IMG/VR virus record: IMGVR_UViG_3300026546_000006
Coordinates: 1 to 45,023 of that record
Source of the DNA: a virus
Taxonomy: Duplodnaviria; Caudoviricetes
Reading direction: 5' to 3' (one strand)
DNA length: 45,023 bases
Numbering within the stretch: the stretch's first letter is position 1; the number at the start of each line of letters is the position of its first letter. The notes beneath the pieces are model-generated. The model saw nothing but the letters and a program-made list of their open reading frames with translations, had not been told where the DNA came from and did no database searches. Positions 1-9,073 of this stretch are shown here, piece by piece. Both the position numbers and the translations under genes were made by a program.

Positions 1-240
1 TTGGATTAATGTCCTCTGTTTCATCATATACAACACCATCTGGTTTATTTGGCTTAATGTCCTCTGTTTCATCATATACTACACCATCTGGTTCATTTGG
101 ATTAATGTCCTCTGTTTCATCATATACAACACCATCTGGTTTATTTGGCTTAATGTCCTCTGTTTCATCATATACTACACCATCTGGTTCATTTGGATTA
201 ATGTCCTCTGTTTCATCATATACTACACCATCTGGTTCAT
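1..240. repeat. Five 48-bp tandem units (A-B-A-B-hybrid) encoding N(K/E)PDGVVYDETEDI(N/K)P; degenerate copies continue to about 520
   Basis: Unit ttgg(a/c)ttaatgtcctctgtttcatcatatac(a/t)acaccatctggtt(t/c)at read directly at 1, 49, 97, 145 and 193. Confidence 0.95.
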
Positions 241-1996
241 TTGGTTCAATATCATTTGATTCCCCATTTTCATATATTGTACCATTTGGTTGTTTTAAAT
301 TTTGCTTTTTAAGACCTGAATAAGAATAATTTTGTAATGGTTTATTTGGTTCAATATCATTTGATTCCCCATTTTCATATATTGTACCATCTGGTTCATT
401 TGGTTCAATAACAATTGGTTCATTTGGTTCAATAACAAATGGTTCATCTGGCAATCCTTTAAAATAGTTATCATACACATTACCATCTGGTTCATTTGGT
501 TCAATATCATTTGATTCTTCTTTAACATACACATTTTGACCATTTAATCCTACACCACTTGTGTCATTTTTCATATCAATAGTACTACCAGATTCAAAAT
601 TATAATTATTATTATTATTATTTTTATTAATTAAAAAATAATACATATCATATATATCATCACCATATTCATTTTTAAATTGAAATTTATCTTTTATATT
701 TTTATATTTTTCACTATTAATCAATGATAAATATGCAATTCTTTCACTTTCTAATATTTTTCGTTTTGCCCAATTTTCAAATAAACGATTTAGACTTGTT
801 TTATCATTAATTATTGATTCTGTTAAATTAACAATTTCATTACCTACAATTGTTCTTGAAAAAGTTTTAACAATATGATTTAAATTAAATGTGGCATTTC
901 CGTCTTTTGTTTTACCAACTTTTGACCAACCAAACCATTTTAAATTTGATTTTAAATTTTCTGTTTTATTTTTAATTTTAAAATCAATATTTGAAAAACT
1001 TGAAATATTTTCTTTATTTTTATTATTATTAATATTATCAATATTATCAATATCAATATTATCATTATTTCTACTTATTTTTTCATTTATTAATTTAAAA
1101 TCAGACAATTTATTATCTAATAATAATCGTTTACCCATTAATTTAGCATCTAAAATTCTTTCTGCTGATTTATAATAAACAAAAAATCCAATTTCACTAA
1201 AATCAGTTGGTTTTCCTGCAGTAAATCCACCTCTAACAATATGATCTGATGTTAATCTACTATCAAAAAATACAAAATTACAATCATACAATCTTACAGT
1301 ATATTTAGATTTTGTTCTATTTTTACCATATTTAAAATTTCTTACTTCAGAAATATCTATTTCCATATTAAATCTAAATAAATTTTCAGGGGCATTTATT
1401 CGTTGATTTTTATATGAGTAATAAAGATTATTATATAATTCACTTATATAAAACATTTCCATTTTAACATTTTCATATAATAAAAAAGAAATATTATCAT
1501 CTCTATATTTTATAAATTTTTGTTTAAATTTATCTAATCCATCAATTTTGTTGATATAATGATATTTAGTTCCTTTTATATTAAATATTTCTATTATTTT
1601 TTTTATAAATTCATCATATAATTTAATTAAATTTTTAATATCTTTTATTGAACTATAATCAATTAAAAATGATTTTAATCCATTTTTATTAAATAATGGT
1701 GAATTATCTAATATTTTAATATCAAATGTAGTTAATAATGGATCTCCAAAAATAAAATCATTTCTAAAATTTTTTGTATTTTCATCATTTATTATTTCAT
1801 GACCATAAAAATCTTTAGTATTATTAGGTATTATTTCAACTTTTTCTGTATTATAGAAAATTTTATCATTTTCAATATGTTTTCTTTTTCTATCTCTTAA
1901 TGAATCAGATTTTTTATCTTTATAAGTTGTAGATTTATTTTCTATTTTATATTCATAAATATTTATATTCTCTCTTAATTCATGTTTTTCTTCCAT
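1..1996 (-). CDS. Large virion/baseplate-region protein (>665 aa, truncated by window edge); possible tube-like N-terminal domain, C-terminal acidic Pro-rich repeats
   Basis: Absent from the ORF track because it runs off the edge. ATG at 1996 (MEEKHELRENINIYEY...); the frame has no stop down to base 2. Lies directly downstream of baseplate-like genes. The tube-like call is inference. Confidence 0.8.
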   Translation of the reverse strand, partial: MEEKHELRENINIYEYKIENKSTTYKDKKSDSLRDRKRKHIENDKIFYNTEKVEIIPNNTKDFYGHEIINDENTKNFRNDFIFGDPLLTTFDIKILDNSPLFNKNGLKSFLIDYSSIKDIKNLIKLYDEFIKKIIEIFNIKGTKYHYINKIDGLDKFKQKFIKYRDDNISFLLYENVKMEMFYISELYNNLYYSYKNQRINAPENLFRFNMEIDISEVRNFKYGKNRTKSKYTVRLYDCNFVFFDSRLTSDHIVRGGFTAGKPTDFSEIGFFVYYKSAERILDAKLMGKRLLLDNKLSDFKLINEKISRNNDNIDIDNIDNINNNKNKENISSFSNIDFKIKNKTENLKSNLKWFGWSKVGKTKDGNATFNLNHIVKTFSRTIVGNEIVNLTESIINDKTSLNRLFENWAKRKILESERIAYLSLINSEKYKNIKDKFQFKNEYGDDIYDMYYFLINKNNNNNNYNFESGSTIDMKNDTSGVGLNGQNVYVKEESNDIEPNEPDGNVYDNYFKGLPDEPFVIEPNEPIVIEPNEPDGTIYENGESNDIEPNKPLQNYSYSGLKKQNLKQPNGTIYENGESNDIEPNEPDGVVYDETEDINPNEPDGVVYDETEDIKPNKPDGVVYDETEDINPNEPDGVVYDETEDIKPNKPDGVVYDETEDINP

Positions 1997-2004
1997 TATT
2001 TATA

Positions 2005-3387
2005 TTATTTTTTTAAATAAAAATTTTTAGTTAATTCGTTTAATTTTTCTTTATCATATTCAATATTTATATCTCTTTTTACCATTGTTATTTCTTGTTT
2101 CATTTGTTTTTTAATATAAATATAATTAATAGATGTAATTAACCAACTACCAGATAATTTATCATTTATTTTATATGAATCTGTTTTATTAATTGTTTCA
2201 TCTAAATAAATATCATGATTGAATGTTTCTAATTCATAAATAATTAGTTCTACATGTTGCATTCTATATATACTCATATTAGCTAAAGGTAAAACAATAT
2301 TAATTTTTAATTTTTGTAAAAATTTTAAATTAATATCATTTTGTTTATTTGCTATTAAATAATTTAAATGAACATTATCATTATCCATTTTACCAAGATA
2401 ATATTTTTTAACATTCAAATTAGAATCTAAAGTTTTTAAATTATTTTTATAAATATCATTAATACTATTAAGTATATTAATTTCATTATTTATTAATCTA
2501 TTTTCAGTTTTATTATAAAAATATACTTTGGATTTATAACCAATATCCATATTAACATGTCTAGAATTATTTAATATAACATATTTTTCTACATATAAAT
2601 TTGATAATATCATATTCGGATGATTTGTTAATAATAATGGTGTTGTTTTCTCATTATTATTATTTTTATCAAAATAATTTTCCCATAATGTTAATTCATC
2701 TAAAGTATTTTGTTGTAATTGTTGTTCTATATCAATATAATTTAAACGATTAAAAAAATCAATAAATGAAATCATAAAACTATTATCACCATTATATGAA
2801 TTTAATGTTATATCTGATATAAATTGAGATATATAATTACCAGGATTTATCCATGTCATTTCATCATTAGTATCATTAATGTTTGTTAAAAATCCTAGTT
2901 TCATATCATTAGCTATATTTTTTAAAACATTAAAACTACTACCTTTATATGCTACATTTTCTGTTCTATCTTCAATATTTAATATACCATATAATGTAAA
3001 TACTGAATCATTTGTTTGAAAATCACTAATAACAAAATCTAATCTAATTGGTTCTATTTTAGGATTTGTTGATCTTTTTAAAAAAGATAATATTGTATTA
3101 TCATCTGGAAACATTTGATTACCAATAAATCCAGACGGGTCTCTAAATATTATCTCAATTGTTGGTAATAAATGAACACTTTTTAATTTCATACTAATTA
3201 AATAATTAATATCTATTATAAAACCACCTTTTAAATTTCCTCTATTATTCAAATATAAAAACATAGGTCGACCAATATAATCAGCCCACTCACTTATTGA
3301 TATATCTGTTCTATCTTTAAGATATTTAATATAAATTTCTTTAAATTCAATAGATGAATTTTCATATGTTAAATTTTTATATAACAT
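2005..3387 (-). CDS. Putative baseplate hub protein (T4 gp27/late control D-like)
   Basis: 460 aa; C-terminal KLSGSWLITSINYIY pattern resembles hub proteins; adjacent to the gp53-like gene. Confidence 0.5.
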   Translation of the reverse strand: MLYKNLTYENSSIEFKEIYIKYLKDRTDISISEWADYIGRPMFLYLNNRGNLKGGFIIDINYLISMKLKSVHLLPTIEIIFRDPSGFIGNQMFPDDNTILSFLKRSTNPKIEPIRLDFVISDFQTNDSVFTLYGILNIEDRTENVAYKGSSFNVLKNIANDMKLGFLTNINDTNDEMTWINPGNYISQFISDITLNSYNGDNSFMISFIDFFNRLNYIDIEQQLQQNTLDELTLWENYFDKNNNNEKTTPLLLTNHPNMILSNLYVEKYVILNNSRHVNMDIGYKSKVYFYNKTENRLINNEINILNSINDIYKNNLKTLDSNLNVKKYYLGKMDNDNVHLNYLIANKQNDINLKFLQKLKINIVLPLANMSIYRMQHVELIIYELETFNHDIYLDETINKTDSYKINDKLSGSWLITSINYIYIKKQMKQEITMVKRDINIEYDKEKLNELTKNFYLKK

Positions 3388-3794
3388 TATTTTAATTTAT
3401 TATTAATTTTTATTTCATGTGTTTGATTATCTATTATAACTGATTTATAATCACCTTTTGCATATGTTGGTAAATTTATTTCAGTTTTATTAATATCATT
3501 ATCATAATTATAATTATCTCTAATTATTTTTATATTATCAATATAATAAATAATATCACCAGATTTAATTGAATATGGATCAATAATACCATTGAAATAT
3601 AATAATTCATCAATATAATCATTATTACCATATATATCTATACAAATTAAATCTATTCTCATTTCACGTTGATTATCAACAATATACGATTTAATATTAG
3701 AATCATCAGTTATTTTTAACATTGGGTTAAATATATCATATAAATTATTATTATTTTTATTTCTTTTTACATTTTCTAATGTATAATATTTCAT
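3387..3794 (-). CDS. Baseplate wedge protein, gp53/LysM-like
   Basis: MRIDLICIDIYGNNDYIDELLYFNGIIDPYSIKSGDII fits the gp53/tail-X LysM-like pattern. Confidence 0.7.
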   Translation of the reverse strand: MKYYTLENVKRNKNNNNLYDIFNPMLKITDDSNIKSYIVDNQREMRIDLICIDIYGNNDYIDELLYFNGIIDPYSIKSGDIIYYIDNIKIIRDNYNYDNDINKTEINLPTYAKGDYKSVIIDNQTHEIKINNKLK

Positions 3795-3812
3795 TTTATT
3801 ATTATTTTTTAT

Positions 3813-5126
3813 TTATGCACCACTTATTGCATCTACATCACCAGTATTTGATGAATTATTATAATTTCTTTCATAATTAATATTTAATATTTCTAATAAT
3901 TCACTTCTTCCTAACGGTCTACCAAAATCTATATTAAATGATACTTTAAAATTTGTTGGCATATCATTAAAATTAAATTCATTACCAAATTTTATATTAC
4001 CTTGATCAACAACTACATTACCAATTGACAATATAGGATTTAATGGATTACCTACTGTAACATGCCATGGTGTTGTTGGTAATCCTGTTGTTAATGCTAA
4101 AGATGATTTTAAATCCCATCTAAATCGTTTAATCGATAAATCTAATGTATTTTTTATCATTTCAGTTATTTTAGTTTTATCATATATTTTTTTATCTGTA
4201 TCTGTAGTATCTGAAGGATTTTTAAGACCAAACATATTTTTTGATGTTTCTACAAAACTTTTTATAATAGACTTAATTCCAGAAATCCAATCATTCATTG
4301 AACCACCTTGATTTGAATAAATTGAGTTTGTTAAATCATTTAATGTTTTATCACTCTTTAATACAAATTTCATATCAGATATACCCATTCGTATAATATT
4401 ATTTAATATTGTCATCATTGCTATACCAGAATCAATACCTCCTATATATTTTTGTTCATATTTTGAATTAAATGATAATTTTATATCTGAACTAATACTA
4501 CCATTTAAATCTCTTGTTTTTGATGATCTTAATACATCTGGATCACCAACAGGCATCCAATTTTTACCATTTTTATCAAAATTACCAATACCTGCACCTT
4601 GCAACATTTGATATAAAAAACCTTGTGACCAAGCAGGTAATGAACTTATATGATTAATGTTCATCCCAGTATTATTTTTTACTACATCTGATATTACTTC
4701 CCAGAAAAATCTATTTTGATCAATCCATTTTTCAGAAAAAGACATACTAAACATATCATCATCATCTGGTGTAATCCATGATACAAGTGTTGATATTGGT
4801 TTTGCATCAATATCATTTAAATCATTTTTTACCATAACATTTTCATCAAAACGTCTTAATATTATTAAACGATTAACTGGATATACACCTAAATCTACTA
4901 AATATGCAAAATCAGAATAATTTAATTCCATAGATTTTAATCCATTCAATTTATTTATTATTTCTAAATATGGATTATTATCATTGTTATCATTAAAATA
5001 TGAACCATTAATTATGTGATTTTTTACATTATCTTTATTTAATTTTTGATATCTCTCACCAAACTTATCCGTTTTTATAGACATTTTTGGTGGTTTATTA
5101 AATAAAAAACTCATTTCATCATGCAT
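3813..5126 (-). CDS. Putative baseplate/tail-tube-junction structural protein
   Basis: 437 aa; first gene of the baseplate-like operon; AATATATA motif about 20 nt upstream. Confidence 0.45.
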   Translation of the reverse strand: MHDEMSFLFNKPPKMSIKTDKFGERYQKLNKDNVKNHIINGSYFNDNNDNNPYLEIINKLNGLKSMELNYSDFAYLVDLGVYPVNRLIILRRFDENVMVKNDLNDIDAKPISTLVSWITPDDDDMFSMSFSEKWIDQNRFFWEVISDVVKNNTGMNINHISSLPAWSQGFLYQMLQGAGIGNFDKNGKNWMPVGDPDVLRSSKTRDLNGSISSDIKLSFNSKYEQKYIGGIDSGIAMMTILNNIIRMGISDMKFVLKSDKTLNDLTNSIYSNQGGSMNDWISGIKSIIKSFVETSKNMFGLKNPSDTTDTDKKIYDKTKITEMIKNTLDLSIKRFRWDLKSSLALTTGLPTTPWHVTVGNPLNPILSIGNVVVDQGNIKFGNEFNFNDMPTNFKVSFNIDFGRPLGRSELLEILNINYERNYNNSSNTGDVDAISGA

Positions 5127-5176
5127 TATATAAATACTTTTTTATTTATATATTAAAAAAGGTATTATATAATTAA

Positions 5177-5575
5177 TTAATAATCTTTAATTATTTGAGA
5201 ATAATCAAAAATATCTAAATTATTTAATATTATTTTTAAATTTTCATCATTTTTACCAAAATCATCAAAAAATATTAAAATATTAAAATTAATACTATCA
5301 TCAATATATGATTTCATATTAATTATTTCATTCATTGAAAAAAAATTATTTGAAAAATTTGGAATATAATAAATATCTTTATTTTTTTTTAATGATTGTA
5401 TAATTTTTGTATAAATTAATAAATTAAAATAATCTTTATATTTATCAATATTATTAATTTGATTTTCTTCAATTTGACCTTTTATATCAATTATAACTTT
5501 ATTTTTAATTTTATTTACTTTAACATATTTGTCAAATTTTTTTTTGACTTTACAAAAAACTATATAAAAATCCAT
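5177..5575 (-). CDS. Hypothetical protein
   Basis: 132-aa ORF filling the gap; TATATATA motif upstream. Confidence 0.7.
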   Translation of the reverse strand: MDFYIVFCKVKKKFDKYVKVNKIKNKVIIDIKGQIEENQINNIDKYKDYFNLLIYTKIIQSLKKNKDIYYIPNFSNNFFSMNEIINMKSYIDDSINFNILIFFDDFGKNDENLKIILNNLDIFDYSQIIKDY

Positions 5576-5684
5576 ATATACTATTTTATATTTTTTCTAT
5601 ATATATAGAAATAATATAGTTCAAAAAAATAAAATTAAAACTTTTATTTTTTAAAAATATAAAATTAAAAAAAGAAAAATAAAA

Positions 5685-6914
5685 ATGGCGAAAAAAAAAG
5701 TAAAAGAAAATTTTAATTTTTCTAAAATATCAAATGTAATTGATAGTTTATCAAAAAAATCTATGATAACAATAGAAAATTTAGATAATGATAGAGGGTA
5801 TATATCTACAGGCATTCATATTTTAGATGCATTATTATCTAAAAGTATTTTAAATGGAGGAATACCAAAAAATAGAATAACAATATTTGCTGGTCCACCA
5901 CAAACTGGAAAATCATATATTACATTAAGTATTGCTAGAAATGCACAAAAACAAAATTATAATATTATTTACATTGATACTGAATTTGCAATTGAAAAAG
6001 GTGATTTTGATATGTTTGGTATAAATGTAAGTGATCCAAGTAAATTTATGTTATTGAGATCAAATAAAGTTGAAAATATAAAAGTATTTTTAACCCAATT
6101 ATTAAATGAACTTAAAGAACAAAAAAAGAAAGGAATTGATGTTAGTAAAACAATTATATTATTAGATAGTATTGGTCAATTAGCATCAGTTAAAGAAATA
6201 GAAGATGCATTAAGTGGAAAAAATAAAGTAGATATGAGTAGAGCAAAAGCTATTAAATCTTTATTTAGAATTATTAGTTCAGATATGGGATATTTAAATA
6301 TACCTATGGTTGCAACAAATCACATATATATGACTCAAGATTTATTTCCAAAAGCTGTTCAAAGCGGAGGTGAAGGTATTAATTATTCCGCATCAATTAT
6401 AGTTTATTTATCAATAGCTAAATTAAAAACAGGAAAAGAAGATGATTTAGATTTAGGTCAATCTGGTGTAATAGTAACTGCAAAATCAAGAAAAAATAGA
6501 TTAGCTAAACCCAAAAAAATTAAATTTGAAATAGATCATTCAAAAGGTGTTAATCCATATAAAGGGTTAGAATTTTTTTGTACTCCTGAAAATTTTAATA
6601 AAATTGGAATTGCAAAAGTTAAAAAAAACATTGATAAAAAAACAAAAGAAGTAACTTATGATGAAGGTGGCACTAGATATTATATTAAACATTTAGATAA
6701 ATATTTATTTGAAAAAAATATATTTAATTCAAAAGTATTTAATGAAGAAGTTTTAAAAAATATGGAACCAATAATTTTTAATTATTTTAAATATTCATCA
6801 TTTGATGAGTATCAAAAAGAATTAGAAAAATTAGATGAGGAATATTCTAAATTTGAAAATAATGATAATGATATTGTTGATATTGATGATTTAGACGATA
6901 ATCTATTTGATTAA
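5685..6914 (+). CDS. uvsX: RecA/UvsX-like recombinase
   Basis: Walker A GPPQTGKS, YIDTE, LLDSIG, ATNHIY, SGGEGINYSAS. Confidence 0.92.
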   Translation: MAKKKVKENFNFSKISNVIDSLSKKSMITIENLDNDRGYISTGIHILDALLSKSILNGGIPKNRITIFAGPPQTGKSYITLSIARNAQKQNYNIIYIDTEFAIEKGDFDMFGINVSDPSKFMLLRSNKVENIKVFLTQLLNELKEQKKKGIDVSKTIILLDSIGQLASVKEIEDALSGKNKVDMSRAKAIKSLFRIISSDMGYLNIPMVATNHIYMTQDLFPKAVQSGGEGINYSASIIVYLSIAKLKTGKEDDLDLGQSGVIVTAKSRKNRLAKPKKIKFEIDHSKGVNPYKGLEFFCTPENFNKIGIAKVKKNIDKKTKEVTYDEGGTRYYIKHLDKYLFEKNIFNSKVFNEEVLKNMEPIIFNYFKYSSFDEYQKELEKLDEEYSKFENNDNDIVDIDDLDDNLFD

Positions 6915-6933
6915 AAAAATAAAAAAGTTATTT

Positions 6934-8265
6934 ATGCCTGAGGTAATGAATGTAAATATGGAAAAAAATTTTTTTACTTATATTTTAGAAAATCATAATC
7001 AATATTCTAAAGTAGAACCATATTTTTTTAAAAATGATAATATACAATTTATATACACAATAGTAAGAGATGAATATTTAAGAACTAAAAAAAAACCTAG
7101 TCTACAACAAATTATTGATATGGTCAAATTAAATGACCCTGATAATAAAATATCAAATGATATTATTAAAATAATATTAAAAAATAATATATCAGATAAA
7201 AAAGAATGGTTAGAAACTAGATTTAGAGCATGGAAATTATCTAATATTGTTAGAAATAATACATCAAGAACAATTGAAGAATTAAGATCTTTAGAAGATA
7301 TTGATTTAGAAAATGTTAAAAGTGTTGTTGCTAAAATACGAAATTTATATAATGAAATACCATTATTAGATGATGATAATGATGATATTGGTGATGATTT
7401 TGATGATCCAGAAAACCATAAACAAGAAATATCAAAATATAAAATACCAACAGGTTGGTCTAATATTGATAAAATATTATCAGGTGGTTGGGATTTATCA
7501 ACATTTAATGTTCTAATGGGAGAAACAAATGTTGGAAAAAGTATGTGGTTACATAATATTGGTGTAAATTCAGCCGAACAAGGTAAAGTTGTTGTTGTTA
7601 TAACATTAGAAATGACTAGTCGAAAAGTTATGAAAAGAATGGGTTCAATGAGATTAAAAATTGATATCAATCAATATGATGAATTAAGTAAAGATCCAAC
7701 TTTTATAAAAACAAAAATAAATCAAGTAAAAAACAAAAATAATGGTATGTTTAATACTAACAAACCAGGTAAAATATTTGTTAAAAAATTCAATACAGGT
7801 GATTGTAGTGTAATTGATATAGATAATTATATAAATAAATTACAAGAAGTTAAAAATATACATGTTGATATGGTATTAGTTGATTATATTAATATTATGA
7901 CAGTTGATTCATCAAGTAAAGATATAAGAAATAATTTATATTTAAAAGGAAAACATTTAGCAGAAGGATTAAGATATTTAGCAGATAAGTATAATACTGT
8001 AGTTATAACAGCAACTCAATTAGATAGAGCAGTTTGGGGGGCAAATGATGTTAAATTAAATGATATACCAGAATCAAAAGCTATTGCTGAAACAGCAGAT
8101 TCTGTCTGGGCAATTATTAGAACTCCTTCAATGAAAAAAGAAAATAAATATAGATTAAAAATTTTAAAACTTAGAGATGGTGAACATAAAGAAGAACAAG
8201 TTAGATTTGATTTTAATACTAAATATTTAACAATTGAAAATGATATTTTAGAAGGTACAGTTTAA
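6934..8265 (+). CDS. DnaB-like replicative helicase (T4 gp41-like)
   Basis: IPTGWSNIDKIL, GETNVGKS, TLEM, VDYINIM, TATQLDR, ESKAIAETAD, LKLRDG. ATG at 6934 preferred over TTG at 6907. Confidence 0.92.
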   Translation: MPEVMNVNMEKNFFTYILENHNQYSKVEPYFFKNDNIQFIYTIVRDEYLRTKKKPSLQQIIDMVKLNDPDNKISNDIIKIILKNNISDKKEWLETRFRAWKLSNIVRNNTSRTIEELRSLEDIDLENVKSVVAKIRNLYNEIPLLDDDNDDIGDDFDDPENHKQEISKYKIPTGWSNIDKILSGGWDLSTFNVLMGETNVGKSMWLHNIGVNSAEQGKVVVVITLEMTSRKVMKRMGSMRLKIDINQYDELSKDPTFIKTKINQVKNKNNGMFNTNKPGKIFVKKFNTGDCSVIDIDNYINKLQEVKNIHVDMVLVDYINIMTVDSSSKDIRNNLYLKGKHLAEGLRYLADKYNTVVITATQLDRAVWGANDVKLNDIPESKAIAETADSVWAIIRTPSMKKENKYRLKILKLRDGEHKEEQVRFDFNTKYLTIENDILEGTV

Positions 8266-8280
8266 AAAAAATATTTTATA

Positions 8281-9027
8281 ATGATAAAAAAAAATGAAAA
8301 AAAATTAAAAAATATCAATACGGATAATAATGATAATATTGACATAAATGTAAACACAGATATTAATACTGATATTAATACTGATAATAATAATATTGAT
8401 AATAATATTGATATAAATGCAGATACAGATATAGATACAGATATAGATATTGATAAACAAGACATTTCTAATATAGTAGGTGTTAATGATGATGATAATA
8501 TAACAGATGATAGTGATGAAACTGTTTATTTTAAATTTAATACAACTAAACATAAATTAGAAGGAAAACATAAATTAAAAAGAGATACTATTTTTTATGG
8601 TAAATTAAATGAAGATGAAACAGATGACTATTTACAACAATCAAATAGTGATTATTTTAATAAAGATTTTCCAATTGAAAGAGGATCTCAATATGAAATG
8701 GAATCAAGACATTTTGAAGATGCAGAAAATCAACGTAATTTAAAAAAACGAATTTATAAATTATTAAAAAATAATACAGATTTAGATTTTAATGCAAATA
8801 GAAGAAAACCAAATAAACAAGCATTTAATTCATATTATGAAATGATCATAAAAGAATTAGGAAATCAATATACAAAATCAGAAATGTTTGTTGAATTATC
8901 TTATTATTTTACTGATCATATATTTAATATGTACAAACTATTATATCCAATACATGCTACAAATATAATAATAGAATTAAAAGATAAGGGATATTTAAAT
9001 GAATTAGATAATATGAAATTTATATAA
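8281..9027 (+). CDS. Hypothetical protein with D/I/N/T low-complexity N-terminus
   Basis: 248-aa ORF in the replication operon; short gatattaatact and gatacagatata repeats. Confidence 0.75.
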   Translation: MIKKNEKKLKNINTDNNDNIDINVNTDINTDINTDNNNIDNNIDINADTDIDTDIDIDKQDISNIVGVNDDDNITDDSDETVYFKFNTTKHKLEGKHKLKRDTIFYGKLNEDETDDYLQQSNSDYFNKDFPIERGSQYEMESRHFEDAENQRNLKKRIYKLLKNNTDLDFNANRRKPNKQAFNSYYEMIIKELGNQYTKSEMFVELSYYFTDHIFNMYKLLYPIHATNIIIELKDKGYLNELDNMKFI

Positions 9028-9073
9028 ACAAATTATAATAAAAAACCTATATAAAAAAAATAATAGATAAAAA

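Noticed and set aside
1-240. 48-bp repeats as a CRISPR array
   Set aside because: The units are contiguous with no unique spacers, are a multiple of 3, and lie in an open minus-strand frame.
9-1175. Track ORFs 9..323, 295..543 and 891..1175
   Set aside because: Shadow frames of the long minus-strand gene 1..1996.
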